Source of the DNA: a virus
Lineage: Duplodnaviria > Heunggongvirae > Uroviricota > Caudoviricetes
Length of the DNA stretch: 31,135 nucleotides
Reading direction: 5' to 3' (one strand)
Virus record (IMG/VR): IMGVR_UViG_644736359_000006
In this document: positions 1-10,376 of the stretch, piece by piece
Numbering within the stretch: the stretch's first letter is position 1
Layout of the letters: the number at the start of each line of letters is the position of its first letter
Position numbers and translations under genes: made by a program
The notes under the pieces: generated by a model
Seen by the model: only the letters and a program-made list of their open reading frames with translations
The model's database searches: none
What the model was told of the DNA's origin: nothing

Positions 1-1284
1 TTACAGACTTCTGGAAGGTTGCGCAGCTCTTACAACACGCGGTTGATCTTCCGCAGCGTCTTCCAGCGCACTTAAATCACGGTCTTTCACCTCTGGCATT
101 TTCAGCGCAGAGATTAAACCAATCACTGAATATGCCATGATCATAATGGCGATCGGATACCAGGATTCCGTCATGGTGCAGAAAATACCCGCCAGGATAG
201 GACCAAAACCGGAAGCGATAAGACCACCAATTTCTTTAGAAATAGCCATCCGGGTAAAGCGGTTTTTACAGCCGAACATTTCTGCCATGGTAATGTTTTC
301 CAGAGCAAATAATCCCAGCACCGCACAGTTATGAATCACAATCAGTGCAACCATAATGGTGCTCGGGGCATAGCTTTTATCTACAATGATAGAAAGCATT
401 GGCCATGCCAGCACAATCGCGGAGGTATTCATAATAATATACGGGATCCGGCGACCAATTTTATCGGATAACCAACCAAGGAACGGAATGGTCATAAAGC
501 CGAGAATCGAACTAATCATCAATGCATCTGTTGGAATTGCTTTGTTAAACAATAACGTCTGCACTAAATAGCCTGCAAGGAAAGTCTGAATTAACCCGGA
601 GTTACCCGCCTGACCAAAACGCAGCCCTGTTGCCAGCCAGAAGGATTTGCTCTGGAACATGCTACCAGCAGGTGCAGGTTTTGCTGTGGGTTGGTTGCTG
701 TCATTAACCTTCTCAAAGACCGGGCTTTCTTTCAGATTCATACGTAACCAGATAGCAAAGACCATCACGACAACGCTCGCCAGGAACGGTATACGCCATC
801 CCCACGCCAGCAGTTCCTCTTTACTGAGAATGAAGAACATAAAGGCCCAGATTGCCGTTGCGCTCAAGGTTCCGCAGTTAGTTCCCATAGCTACAAATGA
901 GGAGATAATTCCGCGCTTACCTTTTGGTGCATATTCCGCCAGCATCGTACCGGCACCGGAAATTTCCGCACCTGCACCCAACCCCTGAATAATACGCAGC
1001 GTCACCAGCAAGATGGGGGCAAAAACACCAATCTGTGCATAGGTCGGTAACACACCAATTAAGGTGGTACAGATCCCCATCATGGTGATGGTAATAAAGA
1101 GCACTTTTTTACGCCCTATTCTGTCGCCCATTTTGCCGAAAATAAATGCTCCGACAATACGCGCCACATAACCTGCACCGTAGGTTCCCATTGCCAAAAT
1201 TAACGCCATTGCCGTTGATGATTCAGGAAAAAATATTTCATGAAACACTAACGCTGCGCCGAGCGAATATAACTGGAAATCCAT
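1..1284 (-). CDS. ydfJ: MFS transporter YdfJ, 427-aa portion lacking the first TM helix (gene split by prophage insertion)
   Basis: 427-aa ORF with multi-TM hydrophobic profile and MFS-type loop GKMGDRIGRKK; begins at MDFQLY...EIFFP without the usual first helix; AT-rich prophage DNA starts immediately upstream (~1285). Confidence 0.8.
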   Translation of the reverse strand: MDFQLYSLGAALVFHEIFFPESSTAMALILAMGTYGAGYVARIVGAFIFGKMGDRIGRKKVLFITITMMGICTTLIGVLPTYAQIGVFAPILLVTLRIIQGLGAGAEISGAGTMLAEYAPKGKRGIISSFVAMGTNCGTLSATAIWAFMFFILSKEELLAWGWRIPFLASVVVMVFAIWLRMNLKESPVFEKVNDSNQPTAKPAPAGSMFQSKSFWLATGLRFGQAGNSGLIQTFLAGYLVQTLLFNKAIPTDALMISSILGFMTIPFLGWLSDKIGRRIPYIIMNTSAIVLAWPMLSIIVDKSYAPSTIMVALIVIHNCAVLGLFALENITMAEMFGCKNRFTRMAISKEIGGLIASGFGPILAGIFCTMTESWYPIAIMIMAYSVIGLISALKMPEVKDRDLSALEDAAEDQPRVVRAAQPSRSL

Positions 1285-2069
1285 AATTCACAGGTGTTTT
1301 TTCCCATCCTGTGGTTCCCTTGGCGTTTTCTAGGTTTTTTCAGATAGTTGCATTTTTTAAAAAGCATCCTGAGTTCGATCTCAGTGTCTATCTGGGGCCT
1401 ATTTCTGTCCCATATATGCCCCAAAAAAACTCCCCAACAGATAAGTGGTTTTTTCATGGATTTATGCGTAAAATCAAGAACGGCTGGAAATCATTCAATA
1501 CACACACTATCGAAAAATTTACCAGCCAACCGCAGCACGTTCTTGCATAAGGCGTGTCTGCGGTTTTTCAACTATTCAGATACATCACTCCCATCACATT
1601 CATTCCTCCGCATCAAAGGCATATAGGCTATATCACCTTGATATTTTTCTTCTTCAGATAAAAACTGTTATCTATGTATACTTTTAAACCCAATCCGTGT
1701 AGAGTCTCTGCATAAGATAGTTTGCAGTTGCCGCTTCAGCTTGCGCCATAAACCGCCTGATTTTTGCTGCCACCTGTTAGCATTCCTGTATACCTGAAAC
1801 GACAATGTTTATCTACGAACTTTAAGAACACCCAAGATAAAAATCGTCAACTATATCATATATAACACATTAATAATTCGAGGCTATATGAACAGCATAC
1901 TGATAATCACTTCTCTCCTTATCATATTCAGCATTTTTAGTCATGCCCTAATAAAATTAGGGATTGGCATATCCAATAACCCAGACAAAACCGATGTATA
2001 AGTCAACATATTCTGAATCAGACATACAATATCGCAATGAAAATCAATAATATTTTAAGGAATATCTTC

Positions 2070-2303
2070 ATGAAATCAAAAGACACCCTAAAGTGGTTCC
2101 CTGCGCAGCTTCCTGAAGTAAGAATTATCCTAGGGGATGCTGTAGTGGAAGTAGCAAAACAGGGAAGACCTATCAATACCAGAACATTGCTTGATTACAT
2201 TGAAGGAAACATAAAGAAAAAATCATGGCTGGATAACAAAGAATTATTACAAACAGCGATATCAGTTCTTAAAGACAACCAAAATTTAAATGGTAAAATG
2301 TAA
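2070..2303 (+). CDS. ydfK: YdfK/YnaE-family small cold-shock-associated protein
   Basis: 77-aa ORF MKSKDTLKWFPAQLPEVRIILGDAVVEVAKQGRP...; AAGGAA Shine-Dalgarno about 8 nt upstream of ATG at 2070. Confidence 0.8.
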   Translation: MKSKDTLKWFPAQLPEVRIILGDAVVEVAKQGRPINTRTLLDYIEGNIKKKSWLDNKELLQTAISVLKDNQNLNGKM

Positions 2304-2618
2304 TATAATTAACTTACTTTTTTATCATTTTCCACTTTAACAACATTTTGCTCCACTTTTCCACGACCAAACAACTTGAAATCTGGTTAAAATAACACGC
2401 AACACTATTCTTCTTCCTTGAGTCCGCCTGGAACTCGAAAAACAAACCGAGTTAAAGCCATTTTTCACAAAATCGATTTTGGGTCTCACCAAAATTACGG
2501 GGTTGCATACGCATTCGTTTATTTTCGAACGTGTACATACAAATATGCACAAAAATAATCAAAATTATTTTCTGAGATGCATTATGATATGAACACCAAT
2601 TTCGTATAGAGTCTCACT

Positions 2619-3209
2619 ATGTCTCGAATTTTTGCTTACTGTCGGATATCAACGCTGGATCAGACCACCGAAAATCAACGCCGGGAAATCGAAAGTGCAG
2701 GTTTTAAAATCAAACCTCAGCAAATAATCGAAGAACACATTAGCGGCTCAGCAGCAACCAGTGAGCGTCCTGGTTTTAACCGGTTGCTTGCTCGCCTGAA
2801 ATGTGGTGATCAATTGATTGTGACAAAATTGGATCGCCTTGGTTGTAATGCAATGGATATCAGGAAAACAGTGGAACAACTGACCGAAACAGGTATCAGA
2901 GTGCATTGCTTAGCATTGGGGGGCATTGACCTGACCAGTCCAACAGGAAAAATGATGATGCAAGTAATTTCAGCAGTCGCTGAATTTGAACGAGACCTTT
3001 TACTTGAACGCACTCATTCCGGGATAGTAAGAGCCCGGGGCGCAGGGAAACGTTTTGGTCGACCACCTGTGTTAAATGAAGAACAGAAACAGGTGGTATT
3101 CGAACGGATTAAGTCAGGTGTAAGTATAAGTGCCATTGCCCGGGAATTCAAAACCTCGCGGCAAACCATTTTAAGAGCCAAAGCAAAACTTCAGACACCT
3201 GACATATAA
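2619..3209 (+). CDS. pinQ: Serine recombinase / DNA invertase Pin
   Basis: 196-aa [23 protein letters not shown]... with resolvase-type catalytic N-domain and C-terminal HTH; sits between ydfK and the tail-fibre genes as in Qin. Confidence 0.85.
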
Positions 3210-3436
3210 AAAATAATCTCGGTGTGAGATGCTTTACGTCTTCCAAGCCCCCTTCCTTGCCGTAAATGGAAAGATACATCTAATTATAGAATTTATATGT
3301 TTTACCCTACGGCAGTGCTGGCCATTCAATATCCTGTGCAGTTGACGTATCAACACGGTTCAGCAACACCCGATACTTTTTCCTGGCTTCCAGCAACGGG
3401 GTTTCTTCCTCCGTTGCATATACAGCTCACCTTTTT

Positions 3437-3730
3437 TCACCCACGATTAACCAACAGCCAGATCAGCAGACACGCCACCACCGGCACAGCAAAATCCATC
3501 AGGCTTGCCACATCCCAAACACGCGGATCAAAACCGCCCCACCACGGCATGTTAATCCGCTTGCCATGCCCGAACATTTCAATCCAGCGATATTCTGCCT
3601 GGGTGTGTTCACGCGCAATGAAGAACGTACAACCAGCTATCGCCCCATAAGCCCAGTTTCCGGTAAAAAGACCAACCAGTGTCTGCGCAGCCACAGCACA
3701 AAGCGCATGAAGAAAAGGTGTTATATCCAT
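3437..3730 (-). CDS. Hypothetical small membrane protein
   Basis: 97-aa ORF with two hydrophobic segments; AGGAGG Shine-Dalgarno directly upstream of ATG at 3730; family not recognised. Confidence 0.45.
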   Translation of the reverse strand: MDITPFLHALCAVAAQTLVGLFTGNWAYGAIAGCTFFIAREHTQAEYRWIEMFGHGKRINMPWWGGFDPRVWDVASLMDFAVPVVACLLIWLLVNRG

Positions 3731-3740
3731 TACTCCTCCT

Positions 3741-4445
3741 TTATCTAATATCGCTTCGGGAAGTTAATAACAACTTTAATTCTGACTCAAGTTCATCAAC
3801 TCTTTCAGTCAGTTTCTGGATATGGTGAATCAGTGGAACAACCAGACGTTCGTACATTACACCTTCGGCAACAAGGCCATTGCTGGAAATAGCTTCAGGA
3901 GCATCATCTTCGTTAGCTGGTCGCCAGTGTACAAACTGAGGAGCAATTTCTCCTACTTCCTCGGCAATCAATCCGTAGAATCCCCAGTCACGCCTGTCAT
4001 TTTCGCATTGCGACCTGTACCACACAGGGCGCATCCTGAAAATGAGATCGGCGTGCTCTGAATCTATTGTCTCTACTGAATGTTTATAGCGGATAGACGA
4101 TGTTGACCGCAGCACAGACGAAATTGCAGGGTCAGGATTAAGATAAAGGTTTGCCGCCGCTGTAGTCGTGGCCAAATTCCATAAATAAAACGCTTCACGA
4201 CCTGTCAGTGGATAAAAATCTCCGCCATAACGACCACTTTCCAGATCGTTCACTTCCACTTTGTTTTTCAGCTTATTATCAACTTCAGTTTTTGTGTATC
4301 TGGAGCTGATATCCTGCTTTGCACTGGTCATCTCAGTCTGAAGCGTTGATACTTTTCTGCTAATTGATGAAATATCTTCCTTAGCTTTACTGACATCCCC
4401 CTTTAGCTTGGTGATATCTCCTGGAATTACTGTCGATGTAGCCAT
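3741..4445 (-). CDS. Tail-fibre-associated protein with C-terminal intramolecular-chaperone (peptidase S74-like) domain
   Basis: 234-aa ORF; N-terminal coiled-coil-like K/S/T-rich stretch; C-terminal motif SSIRYKHSVE...GLIAEEVGEIAPQFV...GVMYERLVVPLIHHIQKL resembles the endosialidase/tail-spike chaperone domain. Confidence 0.45.
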   Translation of the reverse strand: MATSTVIPGDITKLKGDVSKAKEDISSISRKVSTLQTEMTSAKQDISSRYTKTEVDNKLKNKVEVNDLESGRYGGDFYPLTGREAFYLWNLATTTAAANLYLNPDPAISSVLRSTSSIRYKHSVETIDSEHADLIFRMRPVWYRSQCENDRRDWGFYGLIAEEVGEIAPQFVHWRPANEDDAPEAISSNGLVAEGVMYERLVVPLIHHIQKLTERVDELESELKLLLTSRSDIR

Positions 4446-4454
4446 TTTCCTGCC

Positions 4455-4736
4455 TCACATCCAGCCACGAAGTTGATGCTCAACAACAACCGCGTATTTA
4501 TCGAATATTGACGATTTTTTTGCATCATTAATGATGCGCACGTTTACAAAATATCCGTCTTCCTTAACACATACCGGCTCGCCATCTTCAGTAAGTTCTC
4601 CGGTTTCTTTGTACACGTTACCTATCACGTCAATAAGAATATCATCCTGCATCGACTCGTCATCATAATAGCCAGCACTCTTCATAAAGGCCGAAAAGTC
4701 GGCCTTGTCTGTGAATTTGATAATTAAATCTCGCAT
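4455..4736 (-). CDS. Hypothetical protein translationally coupled to stf
   Basis: 93-aa ORF whose ATG overlaps the stf stop (TAATG); acidic, no recognisable motif. Confidence 0.4.
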   Translation of the reverse strand: MRDLIIKFTDKADFSAFMKSAGYYDDESMQDDILIDVIGNVYKETGELTEDGEPVCVKEDGYFVNVRIINDAKKSSIFDKYAVVVEHQLRGWM

Positions 4737-7114
4737 TATATTATCTCTCCCATTTGCGCATCGGTTAATTCTTTATGCCATATTCTAAAATTCCTGATAT
4801 AACCAAATAAATGACGTAAGCCGGCTGTAGTCTGGCCTCCAATCCTTATACCTGTAGCACCACTAACACTCTTCCACGTTGTTGATGCTGGTGTTGATAA
4901 AACCCCATTGCAGCCAGCCTGAAACTTGCCATCGCTTTTTATTCTATATACAGCGATAATCTTTCTTGGGTAATTTCCAGGTGGAAATGATATTGGATTA
5001 CCAAATTGAACATATGGAGTTCCTACACTACCTGCTGTATTTCTGAATGCAAAAACAAAAGCGTCGTCTTTTGTTTTAAATCCTGTTATATCATAAATTC
5101 TAGGCGCGGAATTTGGTGCTATAGACCAATTTTTATTCACTTCAACCATGCAGGTTAAAGGTTTGCTGGCCATGTTATTTTTACAAGGCAATGTAACAAT
5201 ATCGCTTGCTCGCGTTGATGCAACTGTATCGGAAATGATAAAAGATGATGCGCATGAGCCGCCTTCAAATTGTGGTGTCGTAACATCCAAATATTCCCCG
5301 CCCAAATAAGTTCCAGGTGAAACAGGTGGAGCAATTTGGATCTGAGAGCCAACCATATTATCAATAGCTTCAGATTGATATGTAACCTCGAAATAAATCC
5401 ATCCATTAGATTCTTTCTCCGCTCGGGCGGTTATTCTTGCAGCCCCTCCTCCCGTTTTCCTAATGGACATATCTGTTATATTAAGATATGCATCTGCCAG
5501 ATAAAAATATGCGGACCCGTCATATCTTTCAAATCTTATACGACATTGTATATTAGCACTATCGCTTTTTACACGACATGATGTTGTAACATACTTTTCA
5601 GTTCCAGTAACATCGACACCTCTTCCTCCTGAAACCGCAGCGATATTCATTGTCGTATTTGTCCCAATTTTTTCGTCCTTTATTTGAAACCGCCCATAAG
5701 TAAAGCCAAACTCATCAACACCACTTTCTGTTATAGTTACACTTGTTGTAGCTCCCCACTTAGATGGCGTAAGTGAATTAAGATGATAGTTGGTTCTTTG
5801 TCCTTCAATCAGCAAACCTTCTCGTTCAAATCGCGGTTCGTCAACTTCAGCAACGGTTAATACTCCTGATTTATTAATGTATGTTGCACCTGATGCGCGT
5901 TTGAAGCTAACAACCTTATCGGATGGCATTTTAATAACATCATCACCTACAGTTATTTGCTTATAACCAGGCGAAAAGCCAGCAAGCATATCCAGTGAAT
6001 CGTTAAACGGTATCCACACATCGGGAAGCGGCTGCAAAACTTGTTTATACGGCTCCGCAGCCTGGCTTGCATACTCTCTGGCTGCGTCTTCACTTGCTTT
6101 TGCAGCCGTCTGGCTTGCAGCGGATGCTTTCGCCGAGTTAGCCGCCGCAGTCTCGCTCGCCTTTGCGTTGGTTTCACTGGTTTTTGCAGCTTTTTGACTG
6201 TTGGCTGATGCAGTGGCAGAAGAAGCCGCCGCACTTGCAGAACCAGCTGCGGCACTCTCGCTTTGGGCCGCTGCATCCTGACTGTTTTTCGCCGCAGTTT
6301 CGCTGGCTTTGGCATTCGTTTCGCTGGTCTTCGCTGCCGTCTGGCTGGACTTTGCGTTAGTTTCGCTCGTCTTCGCTGCTTTCTGGCTGTTAGCTGCAGC
6401 AGTTGCTGATCCAGCTGCTGAAGTCGCAGAACCGGCTGCCGCACTCTCGCTTTCGGCTGCTGCAGCCTGACTGCTTTTCGCCGCAGTTTCACTGGTTTTG
6501 GCATTCGTTTCGCTTGTTTTCGCTGCCGCCTGGCTGGACTTTGCGTTGGTTTCGCTCGTCTTTGCTGCTGTCTCGCTATTTTTCGCGTTGTTTTCTGATT
6601 TTTTAGCTGCTGTCGCGGAGTTTGCCGATGCAGTCTGCGAGGCCGCTGCCGCCTGTGCGCTGTTAGCTGCATGCGTTTCTGAGGTTTTCGCCGCGTTCTT
6701 CGATGATGCCGCTGCTGTTTCTGATTTCTTTGCTGCCGCTGCGCTCTGAGAGGCGGCTTCAGCGTTGCGTGCTGCTTCTTCCACCATTGCCTCAAAACGA
6801 CGCAATGCCTCCGGCATGACATCATCTTCCGTCATGGCACCGAGAAAATCATTCAGCGTACCAGGTCTGGAACCTTCATAGACGGTAATGGTTCCGGCAT
6901 GTGAAGGCGGAAAACCTTCAACCAGCAGGGTGACGCTGTACTGGCCATACTCGACATCCATGCTGTAACGCCCGGCTTCATCCGGATTTTCAGAGGCTAC
7001 CGTGTTCACCAGTACCGTGGTGCTGTTACGCTTTGCCTTCAGTTGAATAGTGCAGTTCTGTATTGGTTTTCCCGCACCATCTTTCAGCACACCTGAGATT
7101 TTTACTGCTGCCAT
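4736..7114 (-). CDS. stf: Side tail fibre protein, lambda Stf-like N-terminus, Ala/Ser/Thr-rich repeat shaft, LamG/ConA-like C-terminal domain
   Basis: N-terminus MAAVKISGVLKDGAGKPIQNCTIQLKA... matches lambda Stf; GGAG RBS before ATG 7114 (ORF track starts at upstream GTG 7120); C-terminal ...LFGYIRNFRIWHKELTDAQMGEII resembles the LamG jelly-roll end motif. Confidence 0.85.
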   Translation of the reverse strand: MAAVKISGVLKDGAGKPIQNCTIQLKAKRNSTTVLVNTVASENPDEAGRYSMDVEYGQYSVTLLVEGFPPSHAGTITVYEGSRPGTLNDFLGAMTEDDVMPEALRRFEAMVEEAARNAEAASQSAAAAKKSETAAASSKNAAKTSETHAANSAQAAAASQTASANSATAAKKSENNAKNSETAAKTSETNAKSSQAAAKTSETNAKTSETAAKSSQAAAAESESAAAGSATSAAGSATAAANSQKAAKTSETNAKSSQTAAKTSETNAKASETAAKNSQDAAAQSESAAAGSASAAASSATASANSQKAAKTSETNAKASETAAANSAKASAASQTAAKASEDAAREYASQAAEPYKQVLQPLPDVWIPFNDSLDMLAGFSPGYKQITVGDDVIKMPSDKVVSFKRASGATYINKSGVLTVAEVDEPRFEREGLLIEGQRTNYHLNSLTPSKWGATTSVTITESGVDEFGFTYGRFQIKDEKIGTNTTMNIAAVSGGRGVDVTGTEKYVTTSCRVKSDSANIQCRIRFERYDGSAYFYLADAYLNITDMSIRKTGGGAARITARAEKESNGWIYFEVTYQSEAIDNMVGSQIQIAPPVSPGTYLGGEYLDVTTPQFEGGSCASSFIISDTVASTRASDIVTLPCKNNMASKPLTCMVEVNKNWSIAPNSAPRIYDITGFKTKDDAFVFAFRNTAGSVGTPYVQFGNPISFPPGNYPRKIIAVYRIKSDGKFQAGCNGVLSTPASTTWKSVSGATGIRIGGQTTAGLRHLFGYIRNFRIWHKELTDAQMGEII
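6120..6600. repeat. Tandem 189-bp (63-codon) repeats inside stf
   Basis: Unit beginning gcactctcgcttt at 6252 recurs at 6441 (period 189 bp, ~90% identity) with a degenerate copy upstream; encodes repeated ...SESAAAGSA...ANSQKAAKTSETNAK... blocks; explains the shadow ORFs on both strands. Confidence 0.7.
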
Positions 7115-7125
7115 ATCCACTCCAC

Positions 7126-7151
7126 AAAAAAGCCCGCCTGAACCGGCGGGC
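7126..7151 (-). terminator. Rho-independent terminator after lom
   Basis: Stem gcccgcc/ggcgggc (7132-7138, 7145-7151) followed on the minus strand by a run of six U. Confidence 0.55.
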
Positions 7152-7178
7152 TGTCATAACACTGTGTTACCTGGCTAA

Positions 7179-7778
7179 TCAGAATTTATAACCGACACCC
7201 ACGATGAAACCGTCAGTGCGCCAGTCACCACTGCCGGAACCTTCATAAGCAAGGTCAATGGCCACGGATTCGGTCGGGTTAAACTGCACGCCAGCCCCCC
7301 ACGCCAGAGACGTGTTGCTGTGGCGACCGTCATCACTTCCGGTCAGCACATCGTGCGTTTTCCCCTTGTTGTCAGTTACGCGGAGATAATCCCCGGAGAA
7401 GGTCGACACACGGCTGTAAGCCATACCCGCCATCGCATACGCGCTGAACCATTCATTCACGCGCACAGACGGCCCCGCCATCACGCTGAACCAGCGGTTA
7501 CGCACGGAATCTTCATGCCAGCGGGTATCGCTGTAATGCGTTTTTTGCTCATCTTTGGCATTGGCATAACTGAATGACGTCACCAGCCCCAGCGTGTCCG
7601 TAAACTCATAACGGTATTTCACGTTAATCCCGTTCAGATCATCGCTGCCGGGAACGTTCGTCGAGGCATGAAGATACCCCGCGCTCAGCGTGGACTGATG
7701 TTCAGACGCCCATGCAGGCGCACCGGATACGGCCAGACAAATGGCTACGGACAAAATGGCGGCATAAAGTTTACGCAT
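7179..7778 (-). CDS. lom: Lom/Ail/OmpX-family outer-membrane protein
   Basis: 199-aa ORF with signal peptide, alternating beta-strand pattern and C-terminal ...GVGYKF; located between J and stf as in lambda; GAGAGG RBS. Confidence 0.8.
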   Translation of the reverse strand: MRKLYAAILSVAICLAVSGAPAWASEHQSTLSAGYLHASTNVPGSDDLNGINVKYRYEFTDTLGLVTSFSYANAKDEQKTHYSDTRWHEDSVRNRWFSVMAGPSVRVNEWFSAYAMAGMAYSRVSTFSGDYLRVTDNKGKTHDVLTGSDDGRHSNTSLAWGAGVQFNPTESVAIDLAYEGSGSGDWRTDGFIVGVGYKF

Positions 7779-7802
7779 AATTACCTCTCGCTTTTCTGCA
7801 AT

Positions 7803-7826
7803 AAAAAAGGCGTCATTTCTGACGCC
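7803..7826 (-). terminator. Rho-independent terminator after J fragment
   Basis: Stem ggcgtca/tgacgcc with tttc loop, followed on the minus strand by UUUUUU. Confidence 0.55.
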
Positions 7827-7844
7827 CGTTATGGGTTATAAAAT

Positions 7845-9148
7845 TCAGCTAATCATGATGCCTGCAGTGGCTTTCTTCATCACCACAACCAGCAAATCGC
7901 TGATACTTGCTGTGGGATACCAGCCATTTACCAGCCATGCCGATACAGAAAATTCCAGTGTCATTACACCACTGCCTGCAGGCATATCAATAACACCCGT
8001 ATATATCAGCGTATTATCCAGAGCCGTTCGGTTATAAATTTCAGCACCGTTTTTTCGTACTATCAGACGGCATGAGGAGTAGATATCAGTATGATCTTGC
8101 TCATGTTTAGCGCCACTGAATGCCACCGCCGGAATAACAATTTGCCGGTCAAACGGCTGATCGTCATAAACCCTGACGGTAATGGTCCCTGATGGCCACC
8201 GCTCCGGTGCACGGGAGTCCCGGGGGAAAGCTTTGCCCACTGTTTTAACGAGATCGCCTTCAATCTGGTTCGCGGACAGTTTTCCCAGAACCCGGCAGTT
8301 CTCGTTAATCGTGACGTTGTTGAGCGTCCCGGAGTTCGCATTCACGTTACCGCTAATATCGGCATTTTTCGCCGTCAGCCGCCCGTCCGGTGTCAGGGAA
8401 AATGCCGGAGGATTACCGCCGCTGGTAATGGTGGGAGCCGTCAGATATTTCAGGAACACTTCGTTCATGAATATCTGATCGCCCTGACCAACAAACATCG
8501 GCTTTGTGTTGCCATTCGCAGGATTAATCATCGCAATCCTGTCCGCCGCCAGCAGCACCTGACTCTGCATACCGTCAGGGGTATTCTCAATACCGGCACC
8601 AATACCCGCGATATAAAGGCGTCCGTCCTGCATCTGCTGCAGCTTCACAGCCCACATGCTGTTCAGGTTATTATTTGTATCAACCTGAACCTTCTGTATC
8701 TGCTGGATTGCCGCACTCTGGTCTTCCAGTTTCTTATTGACGGTCTGCGTGATTTCATTACTGACATCCGTGATGGACGTTCTGATTTCCGCCAGGTCAG
8801 GCGCAAGCTGACCGTTATCAATCTGCGTCCACAACTCCTGAGCCAGATGGGTTTTCCCTATCTCTCCTTTGAAAAAATTCAGATAGCCGGATGCATCATC
8901 ACTCGGCTGGCCAACAGCCTCCACGAATGCCGATTTGCCAACGGTGTTCACACTGCGGATGTAAAAATAATAATCATGGCCCGGTTTGATATTGATACTG
9001 GCGGCTATCCAGTACAGCGCCGTGCCAAGATAGCGTGCTGTGGTTTCAACCTGCCTGATATCCGCAATCCGCTTTTCCGAGAACCAGAACTCAAACTGTA
9101 CCGTCGGATCATAAACCGCAAGATGCGGCGTGGCGGTTATCTGAAAAT
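7845..9148 (-). pseudogene. Host-specificity protein J (tail tip), C-terminal ~434 codons only, 5' end removed by IS3
   Basis: Long ORF runs without a native start straight into the IS3 left end at 9149; position upstream of lom matches lambda J. Confidence 0.7.
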
Positions 9149-9204
9149 TGATCTTACCCAGCAATAGTGGACACGCGGCTAAGTGAGTAAACTCTCAGTC
9201 AGAG

Positions 9205-9513
9205 GTGACTCACATGACAAAAACAGTATCAACCAGTAAAAAACCCCGTAAACAGCATTCGCCTGAATTTCGCAGTGAAGCCCTGAAGCTTGCTGAACGC
9301 ATCGGTGTTACTGCCGCAGCCCGTGAACTCAGCCTGTATGAATCACAGCTCTACAACTGGCGCAGTAAACAGCAAAATCAGCAGACGTCTTCTGAACGTG
9401 AACTGGAGATGTCTACCGAGATTGCACGTCTCAAACGCCAGCTGGCAGAACGGGATGAAGAGCTGGCTATCCTCCAAAAGGCCGCGACATACTTCGCGAA
9501 GCGCCTGAAATGA
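9205..9513 (+). CDS. insE: IS3 OrfA (InsE), HTH transposase component
   Basis: ORF ...[31 protein letters not shown]... with C-terminal leucine-zipper-like region; first ATG at 9205, conventional start a few codons later. Confidence 0.85.
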
Positions 9514-10376
9514 AGTATGTCTTTATTGAAAAACATCAGGCTGAGTTCAGCATCAAAGCAATGTGCCGCGTGCTCCGGGTGGCCCGCAGCGGCTGGTATA
9601 CGTGGTGTCAGCGGCGGACAAGGATAAGCACGCGTCAGCAGTTCCGCCAACACTGCGACAGCGTTGTCCTCGCGGCTTTTACCCGGTCAAAACAGCGTTA
9701 CGGTGCCCCACGCCTGACGGATGAACTGCGTGCTCAGGGTTACCCCTTTAACGTAAAAACCGTGGCGGCAAGCCTGCGCCGTCAGGGACTGAGGGCAAAG
9801 GCCTCCCGGAAGTTCAGCCCGGTCAGCTACCGCGCACACGGCCTGCCTGTGTCAGAAAATCTGTTGGAGCAGGATTTTTACGCCAGTGGCCCGAACCAGA
9901 AGTGGGCAGGAGACATCACGTACTTACGTACAGATGAAGGCTGGCTGTATCTGGCAGTGGTCATTGACCTGTGGTCACGTGCCGTTATTGGCTGGTCAAT
10001 GTCGCCACGCATGACGGCGCAACTGGCCTGCGATGCCCTGCAGATGGCGCTGTGGCGGCGTAAGAGGCCCCGGAACGTTATCGTTCACACGGACCGTGGA
10101 GGCCAGTACTGTTCAGCAGATTATCAGGCGCAACTGAAGCGGCATAATCTGCGTGGAAGTATGAGCGCAAAAGGTTGCTGCTACGATAATGCCTGCGTGG
10201 AAAGCTTCTTTCATTCGCTGAAAGTGGAATGTATCCATGGAGAACACTTTATCAGCCGGGAAATAATGCGGGCAACGGTGTTTAATTATATCGAATGTGA
10301 TTACAATCGGTGGCGGCGGCACAGTTGGTGTGGCGGCCTCAGTCCGGAACAATTTGAAAACAAGAACCTCGCTTAG
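9510..10376 (+). CDS. insF: IS3 OrfB (InsF), DDE transposase catalytic domain, in -1 frame relative to orfA
   Basis: 288-aa ORF overlapping the orfA stop (ATGA) in the -1 frame; DDE-type core ...HTDRGGQY... Confidence 0.85.

Noticed and set aside
1285-2036. 750-bp AT-rich non-coding stretch with short ORFs (1248-1626) at the prophage/ydfJ junction
   Set aside because: ORFs lack RBS and have no recognisable motifs; likely att-proximal and ydfK leader DNA, but the att core cannot be defined without the other prophage end
2304-4700. Expected Pin-invertible segment with inverted alternative tail-fibre tips
   Set aside because: No plus-strand fibre-like ORFs and no paired crossover sites found by eye; fibre genes are all on one strand
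5953-6825. 290-aa Arg/Gln-rich minus-strand ORF and several Ala/Phe-rich plus-strand ORFs (6163-6749) inside stf
   Set aside because: They are alternative-frame and antisense shadows of the 189-bp tandem repeats in the stf coding sequence; low-complexity composition, no RBS, fully contained in a well-supported gene
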